A model generated the notes under the pieces. The model was given only the letters and a program-made list of their open reading frames with translations, searched no databases and was not told the DNA's origin. From the NCBI GenBank assembly GCA_017938365.1, contig JAGBBT010000094.1, forward strand, positions 100,509 to 164,508: 64,000 nucleotides of DNA. The letters run 5' to 3'. The stretch is from Treponema sp. Its GTDB lineage: Bacteria; Spirochaetota; Spirochaetia; Treponematales; Treponemataceae. This document shows positions 19,746-29,380 of the stretch, piece by piece (position 1 is the stretch's first letter; every line of letters starts with the position of its first letter). The translations under genes and the position numbers were made by a program.

Positions 19746-21170
19746 TTAATATGCACCTTTACCTTTTACAACAACATAAATTGTTTTAATTATAATCCAT
19801 AAATCAAGCCACATTGACCAATTTCGAATATAATACGAATCTAATGTAATTCGCTCTTCATATCCTGTGTCTGACCTTCCTGAAATTTGCCACATTCCAC
19901 TTAGCCCTGGTTGAACTGACAATATAAAATCTGATTTATCGCCATATTTTTCTAATTCAGGAGTAGTAACAGGTCTTGGACCAATAAAGCTCATCTCTCC
20001 CATAAGTACATTGAAAAATTGAGGAATTTCATCAATGCTTGTCTTTCTAAGGATTTTACCAATTTTTGTTACACGAGGATCATCTGAAAATTTCCTATCT
20101 TTTTCCCATTCTGCTCGCATTTCTGGATTTTCTGCCAATATTTTTTCTAATTGTTTATCAGCATCGATTACCATAGATCTAAATTTCCAACATTTAAATT
20201 CCTTTCCGTTTTTTCCTACTCTTTTATGACCGTAGAAAATAGGACCAGGACTTGTTATCTTTACAATAATTGAAACAATAAGAACTAAAGGAATTGTTAT
20301 TGGTGCAGAAATAAAAAGTAAACCAAGATCTAATATTCTTTTCTGAAATAAACTTATTTTTTTTGTGAGATTGTTTGTAGATGAAAATGCTAATATTCCA
20401 CCAAAATCTCTTAAATTTGTATCAATATTATTTTTGTTGTTAATTTTAGGAACTGAAATAACATATCTAAAATAAGAGTTTATTAATGAGAGTTCCTCGT
20501 CCCATTCACAAATAATTGCAACTTTTATTCCTGTTTGGACAATAATATCACTTAACGTTGAAGATAGAGGATAAACAGGAATATCTTTATATAATCGAAA
20601 TTCCTTTGCAGTCTGATCGATAACCATTGCTGGTTTGTAACCTAAGTCAGGTCTATTTATTAAACGGTCAATAATAAAATTGCCACTATCACCTTTTACT
20701 AAAATAATAGCTGGAACTCCAAACCACTTTTTCTTTGCACAAATATGGCGAGATATTTCTCGTCCAGAAGGTAAAAAAATGGTTGCAAATGGCACTGCAA
20801 AAAGCAATGCAATAAACAAAGGTAATTTATCGTCAATTTTTTCTACAGCAATTGAAATAGCTATTCCACAAAAACAAAAAAAGGAACAAATCCCAAATTT
20901 CTTAACTTCATCAGCAGGGGGTAATGATATTCCTGGATATAAACCTGCTGCATAAAAAACTGCAAGCATTGGAAATAAATATACCCAATAGTTTATGAAT
21001 GACCTAAAATTTATCCAACTATGATTTAACAGATTTATTATAAAAAAACTAGTTCCAATAGAAAGCATAACCATCATGCAATCACAAATCATTAATACGA
21101 TTCCAGAGGTGAATGAACTTGTTTTCCAATATTTTAAGTTAAAATAATTTAAAAAATCTTTCTCAGTCAT
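19746..21170 (-). CDS. wbaP: Undecaprenyl-phosphate sugar phosphotransferase (WbaP family)
   Basis: N-terminal TMs, KFRSM, DDPRVT, RKTSIDEIPQ, GEMSFIGPRP, PGLSGMWQISGRS. Confidence 0.92.
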   Translation of the reverse strand: MTEKDFLNYFNLKYWKTSSFTSGIVLMICDCMMVMLSIGTSFFIINLLNHSWINFRSFINYWVYLFPMLAVFYAAGLYPGISLPPADEVKKFGICSFFCFCGIAISIAVEKIDDKLPLFIALLFAVPFATIFLPSGREISRHICAKKKWFGVPAIILVKGDSGNFIIDRLINRPDLGYKPAMVIDQTAKEFRLYKDIPVYPLSSTLSDIIVQTGIKVAIICEWDEELSLINSYFRYVISVPKINNKNNIDTNLRDFGGILAFSSTNNLTKKISLFQKRILDLGLLFISAPITIPLVLIVSIIVKITSPGPIFYGHKRVGKNGKEFKCWKFRSMVIDADKQLEKILAENPEMRAEWEKDRKFSDDPRVTKIGKILRKTSIDEIPQFFNVLMGEMSFIGPRPVTTPELEKYGDKSDFILSVQPGLSGMWQISGRSDTGYEERITLDSYYIRNWSMWLDLWIIIKTIYVVVKGKGAY

Positions 21171-21197
21171 ATAGAACTCTAATTTTACAATATATAC

Positions 21198-22256
21198 TTA
21201 AATAAGTCCATAAATTGCACGATTAATTATTTGGGCAGAATTTTCATAGGAATAATAGTCACAAAGTTTTCCTAAATTAATTCTTGTAGTATCCATTAAA
21301 ATCATTTTTTTTGCCAAATCTTCAGGATCTCCAACTCTAAAAAATGTAACTGGAAAATCATGATATATTTCTTTAAAAACTTCTATATCTGATATTAGGG
21401 CAGGAGTTCCCATGAACATTGCTTCTAAAGGTGGAATACCAAAACCTTCATAAAATGATGGCTGAACTATATACTTTGAAATTGAATATAGATTTTTTAG
21501 TTCTTCATTGGATATTTTTCCTGTAAAAACAATATTACCTTTTAATTCTTCCTGTTGTATTTTTTTTATTATGTTTTTATCACCAGTTCTAAAATTTTTA
21601 GAATTTCCAACAATTGTTAACTTTGAAGTTAATCCATTTTTTTTTGCAATTTCGTATGCATCTAATAAAGTTGATAATCCTTTGTGTTTTTTTATGTTAC
21701 CAATAAATAAAATTATGTCTTCGATTTTTGAATTTATTTCAGATTTTGTTTGCAAATATGAAGGAGCAGAATTATATACAACTATAATATCTTTATTTTT
21801 GCAGTTGAGCTTTTTTTGTATTCTTTTTTTTGAAAACTTTGATACAGTAAATATTTTTTTTGATTTATTAATTGCTCTCTGATAAAAGAATTTTCGAACT
21901 TTTACTCCAATAAAACTGGTAATATTTGGAATATCTAAAAAAACAATATCGTGAATTGTTGAATAAATAGGAATTTTTATTCCACTAGGAATATTACAAT
22001 ATGGAGTAAAATAGTTATCATAGGTATTGATTATTGTTAAAAGTTCTTTTGGAAAATGTAGTAATTCAGTTAACGAAAATGGCTTAATATTACAATTGAG
22101 AATTTTTACATTTTTGTAATTTTTATAACTTTCTAATTTGATTTCATTTCCGATTAATAAGCAATCATGTTCTTTTATTAAAAAAGGTATTAATTCAGAT
22201 AAAAAGGATCCTATTCCTCCTGAATCTAACATTCTGCAATCAATAACTAATTTCAT
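21198..22256 (-). CDS. Glycosyltransferase family 4 (MtfB-like)
   Basis: IDCRMLDSGGIG, TIHD, GNIKKHKG, PSFYEGFGIPPLEAM. Confidence 0.9.
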   Translation of the reverse strand: MKLVIDCRMLDSGGIGSFLSELIPFLIKEHDCLLIGNEIKLESYKNYKNVKILNCNIKPFSLTELLHFPKELLTIINTYDNYFTPYCNIPSGIKIPIYSTIHDIVFLDIPNITSFIGVKVRKFFYQRAINKSKKIFTVSKFSKKRIQKKLNCKNKDIIVVYNSAPSYLQTKSEINSKIEDIILFIGNIKKHKGLSTLLDAYEIAKKNGLTSKLTIVGNSKNFRTGDKNIIKKIQQEELKGNIVFTGKISNEELKNLYSISKYIVQPSFYEGFGIPPLEAMFMGTPALISDIEVFKEIYHDFPVTFFRVGDPEDLAKKMILMDTTRINLGKLCDYYSYENSAQIINRAIYGLI

Positions 22257-22257
22257 T

Positions 22258-23376
22258 TTAGCGATTTAATCCTTCTATAGTTTTGTCTACAATTTTCTTA
22301 AATTCAGTACAGAATCTTTCTGTTGAAAATGTTTCTGCGTGCTTTCTAATAGTTTCAGAATTGAAAGTATCTTCTTTTTCTAGTTGTTCAAATTCATCCA
22401 ATGCTTTTATTAAAGAATCTACTGTTTGTTCATAGAAAAAAATACCTGTTTTTTTGTTTATAACAGTTTCTAATGCACCGCCTTTTCCAAATGCAATAAC
22501 GGGACGACCACAACACTGAACTTCAACTGGGATGATTCCAAAATCTTCTTCAGCCGAAAAAATCATCGCTTTGCATTTTTGTAAATAACTACTAACTTCT
22601 TTGTCTGATATTCGTCCTGTGAATACAATATTATTATTTTTATAAGTCGATGCAAGTTTTTTTAATTCGTCTTCTTGGCTTCCACTTCCGATAACTACAA
22701 GTTTTCGGTTTGTTTTTCCACAAGCGGATATTGCTAAATCTATTCGTTTATACGGAACAAATCTACTAAAAACCACATAAAAATCTTCTGATTTTTCATT
22801 ATTTGGAAGAAGTCGATTTGTATCTACAGGTGGATAAATTACTTGACTTTGAAGGTTCCAATATTTTTTTATTCGTCTTTGTATATAGTTTGAATTTGCA
22901 ATTAATGTGTCAATTCTTTGACTTGAAATATAATCCCATAACCTAATTGAGGGAATCCACTTTTCCATAAAAAATTTAGTTAGTTTTCCACTGTTTTTTT
23001 TGTATTCAAAGTATTGATCCCATGCATATCTCATAGGTGAGTGAATGTAAGCTATATGTGGAACTTTAGGGGATGTTATTATACCTTTTGCACAACATGA
23101 TGAAGAACATATAACAAGGTCATAATTTGAAAAATCAAATGATTCAAATGCTTTCGGCATAAAAGAAAGCAATTTTGTGTAAATTTTTGTAGATAAGGGC
23201 CATTTTTGAATAAACGAAGTATGAATTTTCTCTTTTGGAAATATTTTGCCCATTTTTTTTTCATCATACACAAGTGTGAATATATCTGCTTCTGGATATA
23301 TGGAAAGTAGTGCTTCTACAACTCGTTCTGCACCACCATAATTTACTAACCAATCATGAACTATTGCAACTTTCAA
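22258..23376 (-). CDS. Glycosyltransferase family 4 (WbaZ-like mannosyltransferase)
   Basis: AIVHDWLVNYGGAERV, HSPMRYAWD, EEDFGIIPVE; TTG start with SD ggag. Confidence 0.9.
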   Translation of the reverse strand: MKVAIVHDWLVNYGGAERVVEALLSIYPEADIFTLVYDEKKMGKIFPKEKIHTSFIQKWPLSTKIYTKLLSFMPKAFESFDFSNYDLVICSSSCCAKGIITSPKVPHIAYIHSPMRYAWDQYFEYKKNSGKLTKFFMEKWIPSIRLWDYISSQRIDTLIANSNYIQRRIKKYWNLQSQVIYPPVDTNRLLPNNEKSEDFYVVFSRFVPYKRIDLAISACGKTNRKLVVIGSGSQEDELKKLASTYKNNNIVFTGRISDKEVSSYLQKCKAMIFSAEEDFGIIPVEVQCCGRPVIAFGKGGALETVINKKTGIFFYEQTVDSLIKALDEFEQLEKEDTFNSETIRKHAETFSTERFCTEFKKIVDKTIEGLNR

Positions 23377-23392
23377 TTTAATCTCCTTTGTT

Positions 23393-24631
23393 TTATAGTT
23401 TGTTAATTTCTGTATTCATCCATAAAATTCTTTGTTCAATCCAATTAAACAGATAATCATATTCATCTTGTACTGTTTTTCTTTTATACCAATCTACTGC
23501 TCCTGGCCATTGATAATGTCCTATACCTTGCCATATATTATCATTTAGCTGAACGAATTCTTTCATTGTTTCTGCGTATTTTTTTAGCCAAATAACTGAT
23601 TTAGTTAGTTCTGGATATTTTTCATTCCATCTACTTTTTAATTGTAAAACAAATGATTTATCCTCAAAAAGTCTCTTATACCATAAGGCTTCTTCTTTTA
23701 TCCACCAAACATCATATTTAAAATTTTCAGGATAATGATTATTCCCCATGCTGATATCAAAATCCCAAATTGGGCCCATATGTAATTTTTCATCTTTTGG
23801 ATTATAGAACATGTAACAAGAATCTCTAAATCTAGCATCTCGGTTATTTGTGAATTCATTAAGTAAATACCAATCAATAAGTGAATCTTCATCAATATAT
23901 TTACGCCAACCAATTGTAGGATTGGAAAAGTTTTCTGAAAAAAGAATTGTTTCAATAAAATTTATGTAATTTTTTTCCTTTTCAAACTGCTGTTTTTCAA
24001 CATTTTTTGGATCATATAGACTGAAAGAAATTCCTTTTTCAGTTTTAAAATTATATGGTTTTGTATCTCTTGTGTTTGTTACAACTAAAAAACCCTCAGG
24101 AGCAATATCTAATTTTTGTGAGGAAATTTCTATTTTTTCATAAATTTGATATAAACCATCAAAACGGCCATTTACAAATAAAAAAACAAATTCATAATTT
24201 GGAGTCCATAAAAAGGAATTCCAAACATTTTTAGACAAATATGTAGAATATGCATTTCGTAGGGAAGTATTATCTGTCATATTTGCCAATAATACCCATT
24301 TTCGTGATTCTGTCATGTTTAATAGCGAAATAGGTTTGTCTAGTTTTAACAAATATGGTTTTTTTCTTGCTTCCCAAGTACTGTTACCTCTCCCTCTAAT
24401 TTTACCTTTTGCATGAATATTGTCGATTGTAATTTCTGCAGTAATATAATTTTCTCTTGATGTTATAGGTTTATCGCTATTTGTACGAATATGTAATGTT
24501 GGTAAATTTAAGAGTTCTATTTTTTCTAAGGAAATATAATTTTCTTTACTCATGTAAAATGCAAACAAAAAAGCAAAAATGAAAAATAGAATAAAAAAAG
24601 TGAAAAAAAATGAATGTCTCTTTATTTTCAT
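23393..24631 (-). CDS. CotH kinase family protein, N-terminally membrane anchored
   Basis: IRGRGNSTW, KKPY, KWVLLAN, LRN, NxD, GPIWDFDISMGN; start placed at MKIKRH just after a -10 box. Confidence 0.88.
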   Translation of the reverse strand: MKIKRHSFFFTFFILFFIFAFLFAFYMSKENYISLEKIELLNLPTLHIRTNSDKPITSRENYITAEITIDNIHAKGKIRGRGNSTWEARKKPYLLKLDKPISLLNMTESRKWVLLANMTDNTSLRNAYSTYLSKNVWNSFLWTPNYEFVFLFVNGRFDGLYQIYEKIEISSQKLDIAPEGFLVVTNTRDTKPYNFKTEKGISFSLYDPKNVEKQQFEKEKNYINFIETILFSENFSNPTIGWRKYIDEDSLIDWYLLNEFTNNRDARFRDSCYMFYNPKDEKLHMGPIWDFDISMGNNHYPENFKYDVWWIKEEALWYKRLFEDKSFVLQLKSRWNEKYPELTKSVIWLKKYAETMKEFVQLNDNIWQGIGHYQWPGAVDWYKRKTVQDEYDYLFNWIEQRILWMNTEINKL

Positions 24632-24637
24632 TTGTTC

Positions 24638-24724
24638 AGTATAACTTCTTATAAGTAAAATAGCAATTGACATGTTACCGAATATTCGGTAATAATATAG
24701 AAAAAGTTACCATTTGTTCGGTAA
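24638..24724. promoter_or_regulatory. Back-to-back divergent sigma70 promoters with two TTACC-N8-GGTAA palindromes
   Basis: Minus strand TTGCTA-17-TATACT; plus strand TTGACA at 24667; perfect ttaccgaatattcggtaa 24675-24692 and imperfect ttaccatttgttcggtaa 24707-24724. Confidence 0.7.
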
Positions 24725-24736
24725 AAATTTAAAAAT

Positions 24737-25450
24737 ATGAATAATGTAAATAAAAAATATAGACATGAATTAAAATTTTTAACTCAAGAAAGAATTCTCT
24801 TTTATCTAGAACAAAAGACAAATCATCTTTTAAAAAAAGATAAGCATGTTGGTGAAAAGGGATTTTATAATATCAGGTCTTTGTATTTTGATGATATGTA
24901 TAATTCATGTTATTTTGAAAATGAGAACGGTACTGACCCAAGAGAAAAATTTAGAATTAGAATTTATAATGGAGATTCTAGCAGAATTCAATTAGAGTTA
25001 AAGCAAAAACAAAATTCTAAATGCTATAAAAGTTCCACACCAATTTCATATGAAAGATGCGTTCGATTATTAGAGGGAAAAAGCCTTGATGTAAATGATA
25101 ATGATACTTATTTGTATAAAAAATTTTATTTACAAACTAAACTTAGAAATTTAAAACCAGCAGTTATTGTTGATTATAATCGAGTTCCTTACATATGGAA
25201 TCAAGGTAATGTAAGAATTACATTTGACAGAGATATAAAAAGTTCATTTGATTATCATAATTTTTTTAAAAAGTCTGTGATTGGAAGACCTATTTTAAGG
25301 AGTTATGCAAATTTATTAGAAGTAAAATTTGATGAGTTTCTTCCAGATTTTATATATGAAATATTACAAACTGGGGAATTAACTCAAACAGCATTTTCAA
25401 AATTTTATTTATGCCGTAAATACAATCCTAAAGGATTACAAATAAAATAA
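24737..25450 (+). CDS. Polyphosphate polymerase (VTC/CYTH-like) domain protein
   Basis: RHELKF, IRSLYFDD, REKFRIRIY, LELKQK, RITFD, LEVKF, FSKF. Confidence 0.88.
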   Translation: MNNVNKKYRHELKFLTQERILFYLEQKTNHLLKKDKHVGEKGFYNIRSLYFDDMYNSCYFENENGTDPREKFRIRIYNGDSSRIQLELKQKQNSKCYKSSTPISYERCVRLLEGKSLDVNDNDTYLYKKFYLQTKLRNLKPAVIVDYNRVPYIWNQGNVRITFDRDIKSSFDYHNFFKKSVIGRPILRSYANLLEVKFDEFLPDFIYEILQTGELTQTAFSKFYLCRKYNPKGLQIK

Positions 25451-25468
25451 AATGCAAGGAGAAATTTT

Positions 25469-26146
25469 ATGACAAGTTTTAAGGATATTTTTAAGAAGTC
25501 ATTTATACAAGGTTTTACAAGATATGATATGTCTCCACAACATATTGTTATAATAATGACAATCTCTGCAATTTTTGCATTGTTCATTTTTACTACATAC
25601 AGAATTATTACGAAAAAAAGTTTTTACTCTAAAACTTTTAACATTGCTTTATCGTTAATAACTATAATAACTACATCGATAATTTTAACAATTCAGTCGA
25701 GTATTGTTGTTTCTTTAGGTATGGTAGGTGCTTTATCGATTGTTCGTTTTAGAACGGCAATAAAAGAACCTATGGATTTAGTTTTTTTGTTTTGGTCAAT
25801 TGCAACTGGTATTATTTGTGGAGCAGGAATTGCTGAAATAGCATGTATTCTGGCTTTCTTTATGGTGATATTTTTATATTTATTTGAAAAAATTCCAGTT
25901 GGAAAAGCACCTAAAATTCTTATGATAAATTGTAATGGCTATGATTCAGAAAATTCAATAATTGAAATTGTAAAAAAGTATTGTAAGTATTATACAGTAA
26001 AAAGTAGAAGCTTAATGGATAATAAAATTGATTTAGTAATTGAAGTTAGAACTTCTTCTGAATCAATGCTCATTGGAGAAATTGCAAAACAAGAAAATGT
26101 TATTTCTTCAAGTTTATTGACACATGATGGTGAAGTTACATATTAA
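25469..26146 (+). CDS. DUF4956 membrane protein
   Basis: SLGMVGALSIVRFRTAIKEPMDLVFLFWSIATGIICG; TM bundle plus ACT-like C-terminus. Confidence 0.88.
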   Translation: MTSFKDIFKKSFIQGFTRYDMSPQHIVIIMTISAIFALFIFTTYRIITKKSFYSKTFNIALSLITIITTSIILTIQSSIVVSLGMVGALSIVRFRTAIKEPMDLVFLFWSIATGIICGAGIAEIACILAFFMVIFLYLFEKIPVGKAPKILMINCNGYDSENSIIEIVKKYCKYYTVKSRSLMDNKIDLVIEVRTSSESMLIGEIAKQENVISSSLLTHDGEVTY

Positions 26147-26213
26147 TATAAAATTGCATATATAACGAAAATATCACGAATGGTTAACATAACATTTCTT
26201 AATGTTTGATTAC

Positions 26214-26256
26214 AAAAGCGATTATGTTATAATAAAAAAGCATAATCGCTTTTTTT
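26214..26256 (+). terminator. Terminator after DUF4956 gene overlapping an extended -10 promoter
   Basis: aaaagcgattatg / cataatcgctttt stem then T-run; TGnTATAAT at 26225-26233. Confidence 0.7.
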
Positions 26257-26273
26257 AGGAGTAATAGAAATAA

Positions 26274-26768
26274 ATGAGTAATATGGAGCAATATAAAAGA
26301 CCTACTTGGGATGAATATTTTATGGAAGTTGCAAGAACAATTGCTAAACGAGCAACTTGCGATAGAGGTCGTTCAGGATGTGTTATTGCTAGAGACAATC
26401 AAATACTTGTAACTGGTTATGTGGGAAGTCCTGCTGGATTAAAGCATTGTGATGAAGTTGGTCATTTAATGAAAAAAATGATGCATGAGGACGGAAATAT
26501 AAGTCAGCATTGTGTTAGAACTGTACATGCAGAACAAAATGCGATTTGTCAAGCTGCAAAAAGAGGAATATCAATAGATGGTGCAACTGTTTATTGTAAA
26601 ATGACTCCTTGTAGAACATGTGCAATGTTAATTATAAATTGTGGAATAAAAAGAGTTGTGTGCGAAAAACATTATCATGATGAAGCTGATAGTATTTCAA
26701 TGTTTGCTGATGCAAACGTTAAAATAGAACATCTTGAAGATTCTGTACAAACATATGAAAATATGTAA
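26274..26768 (+). CDS. dCMP deaminase (ComEB family)
   Basis: RPTWDEYFM, HAEQNAI, PCRTC zinc motifs. Confidence 0.92.
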   Translation: MSNMEQYKRPTWDEYFMEVARTIAKRATCDRGRSGCVIARDNQILVTGYVGSPAGLKHCDEVGHLMKKMMHEDGNISQHCVRTVHAEQNAICQAAKRGISIDGATVYCKMTPCRTCAMLIINCGIKRVVCEKHYHDEADSISMFADANVKIEHLEDSVQTYENM

Positions 26769-26810
26769 AAAAAAAGCGAACACTCAGATTTGAAGTGTTC
26801 GCTTTTTTTT
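26767..26810. terminator. Bidirectional terminator
   Basis: A-run + gcgaacact / agtgttcgc + T8 between convergent genes. Confidence 0.9.
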
Positions 26811-26811
26811 A

Positions 26812-28224
26812 TTAAAGATTGGCTAATAGCCATTCCTTAAATTTGTTATAATCATTCTCCATAGGAATTGAACGGTCTTGTAGTTTCATGATTTTCTCTA
26901 ATCGATCAGGAATTTGAGGTGCTGAATGAGTTGCACTTTCTACAATTGAACCAAATTTTGCAGGATGAGCTGTTTCAAGTATAATTCCAAGTGCATTATT
27001 TGTGATTATTTCTGTAGCCCATTCTGGAATGTTAGGAGTTAAACCTGATTTTGTAATATCATTTTTCTGACCATTTAACAATTTAGCCATTTCCCCATTT
27101 TTTATATCGGCCCATGCTTTCCATGCAACAGCACCATGAGGATCAATTGTATAGCCTGTTTTTTCGTAACAATTTTTAATTGAATCAAGAATTCCATCGT
27201 CATCAAGCCAATAGGATGCGAACATCTTTCTAACTTCTTCTAGACTATACATGGCATTAATTCTTTCAAAATTACTTGGTGCACCTACATCCATTGCATT
27301 TGCGTATGTTGCAACTGATGGGCGTGCATTGTATTCACCTGTAGCAATCCAATCAGGTATTGTTCTATTTTCATTTGTTGCAGCGACAAAACCTCTTATT
27401 GGGGCTCCCATTTCTTTTGCAATTAATCCAGATGTAAGATTACCAAAATTTCCACTAGGTACGATAACGATAATTGAAGGGTTTTCTATTTTATTGTCTC
27501 TCCAACTTCTGTTTTTTACTATAAGTGATGAATACATATAATAAAAACTTTGAGGCAAAAGGCGAGAAATGTTTATAGAATTAGCTGAAGAAAGTCGTAA
27601 TTTTTCTCTTAATTCATTATCTGTAAAAGCTGTTTTTACTAATTTTTGACAATCATCAAAAGTCCCTTTTATTTTTAAGGCACGAACATTACCATCGAAT
27701 GTTGATAATTGCTTTTCTTGTAAAGGACTAATTTTCCCATCAGGATAGAGAATTGTAACATCTAATCCAGGAACATTATGAAAAGCACTTCCTACCGCTG
27801 AGCCTGTATCACCTGATGTAGCTACCAAAATATGTAAAGGAGTTGATTCATTTCTGTTGAAATATGACATAACTCTTGCCATAAATCGTGCTCCAAAGTC
27901 TTTAAAAGCACATGTAGGACCATGGAAAAGTTCCAGAACATAAGATGTTTTGTCTATTGGATTTACTTTTGCGGGAAATGGATAGGCATCTTGTATTATA
28001 GATTGTAAATCTGCCTCTGGAATTTCACCTTCAACATAAGGCTTTGCCATTTCCAATGCTATTTCTCTAAAACTTGGCTCTGAATTTCTGTTTAAGAATT
28101 TGCTATCTAATTTTGGAAATGAGAGAGGAATATATAATCCTCCTGTTTTTTCATTCATTCCCTTGACGACCGCAGTTCTAAAGTCTGTTTTTACAGAACT
28201 ATCCCTTGTATCTGTGTAAATCAT
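26812..28224 (-). CDS. thrC: Threonine synthase
   Basis: LELFHGPTCAFKDFGARF, ATSGDTG, SANSINISRL, VPSGNFGN, TAHPAKF. Confidence 0.96.
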   Translation of the reverse strand: MIYTDTRDSSVKTDFRTAVVKGMNEKTGGLYIPLSFPKLDSKFLNRNSEPSFREIALEMAKPYVEGEIPEADLQSIIQDAYPFPAKVNPIDKTSYVLELFHGPTCAFKDFGARFMARVMSYFNRNESTPLHILVATSGDTGSAVGSAFHNVPGLDVTILYPDGKISPLQEKQLSTFDGNVRALKIKGTFDDCQKLVKTAFTDNELREKLRLSSANSINISRLLPQSFYYMYSSLIVKNRSWRDNKIENPSIIVIVPSGNFGNLTSGLIAKEMGAPIRGFVAATNENRTIPDWIATGEYNARPSVATYANAMDVGAPSNFERINAMYSLEEVRKMFASYWLDDDGILDSIKNCYEKTGYTIDPHGAVAWKAWADIKNGEMAKLLNGQKNDITKSGLTPNIPEWATEIITNNALGIILETAHPAKFGSIVESATHSAPQIPDRLEKIMKLQDRSIPMENDYNKFKEWLLANL

Positions 28225-28239
28225 ATCGGTTCCTTACTC

Positions 28240-29238
28240 TTATATTCCGTATAAAATTGATGTTGCAAATTCTTCTGCAAGTTTTTCTCTGGCTTTTGGA
28301 AGACAGTTCCAATCTTTGTCTTCTGAAACAGAAACTTTCTTTTCTGTTTCATACAGAATAGCACCGTCTTTCATATTAATACAAGTAATTTTTCCAATTA
28401 AAGTACAAGAAAATTTTCCAGAATCATCTTTTGTAATTGGAGATTCATATTTTACAGTACCATAAATTAGGAATGAAGAATTGTTTCCTAATAATGTTTT
28501 TGCAGCTTTATATAAAGCTGCTGAATCACCATTTAAAATTTCTGTTGAAAAATCAACATTGCCGATTCTTGTAAACCTAAGCTTCATTAGTGACATTAAA
28601 AGCAATGATGAAGAAACTGAATTATTTGTAATTGGTTTTCCGCTTTGTGCGAAATCAACAATAGAAATTGTCCCTCCAGAATAGAGTAAGTTAGATTTTA
28701 CTTTATAAGGTACGCTAACAGATACTTTATCGGCTAATTCTGCGATTTGAGAGTTTGTAACATTTCCATCTGGATATACTTTTACAAAACTGTTAAATGT
28801 TGATTTTGGTATTGGTGCGTTAAATGTTACAATTCCTGATTCATCAGTTGTTAATACTTCAAGACCAAAATTAACGATATCATTTTTTTTGCTTTCTGGA
28901 TAAGAAATCGATAATTGAAAATTAGGAACTGGGTTATCATTTTTTGTAACCTTAAATGAATACGGTTGTGAAAATGCTTTATTTTTTGATGTTTCTTTAG
29001 GTGCTGAAATTGAAGAGATAATTATTCCTTCAATTTTATCCTTATAAAAATCAACCTCAGTAGGTTCTGTTTTTTCAACTTGTTTATTTTGACTATTTAA
29101 TACTTTTAATTCACGCTTTGTATTTGTCTTTTGTTCAATTTGAGGTTCTTGTGGTTCTCTTTTTGGTGTTGAGCCACAAGAAATTAATGTTGTAATGATT
29201 AAGAAATATGTAATACTTTTTAGTATATTTTTTTTCAT
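28240..29238 (-). CDS. Lipoprotein of unknown function
   Basis: MKKNILK...LISC lipobox; SD ggag before the ATG at 29238. Confidence 0.75.
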   Translation of the reverse strand: MKKNILKSITYFLIITTLISCGSTPKREPQEPQIEQKTNTKRELKVLNSQNKQVEKTEPTEVDFYKDKIEGIIISSISAPKETSKNKAFSQPYSFKVTKNDNPVPNFQLSISYPESKKNDIVNFGLEVLTTDESGIVTFNAPIPKSTFNSFVKVYPDGNVTNSQIAELADKVSVSVPYKVKSNLLYSGGTISIVDFAQSGKPITNNSVSSSLLLMSLMKLRFTRIGNVDFSTEILNGDSAALYKAAKTLLGNNSSFLIYGTVKYESPITKDDSGKFSCTLIGKITCINMKDGAILYETEKKVSVSEDKDWNCLPKAREKLAEEFATSILYGI

Positions 29239-29380
29239 TATAATCTCCGTTTTTTTTATAAGCCTTCTCAATATAAACTAAATATCCTTATTTCTCAAGG
29301 TGTAAATTAAAAGTTTCTTTAAGTAACAATATTTGTAAATATTGAAAAAAAAGTTTCAAAATCCTATTATGTTTTTAATT

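Noticed and set aside
21637-23261. T9 tracts in GT4 genes as phase-variation switches
   Set aside because: Both genes are in frame and A/T runs of 8-9 occur throughout this AT-rich window, including housekeeping genes
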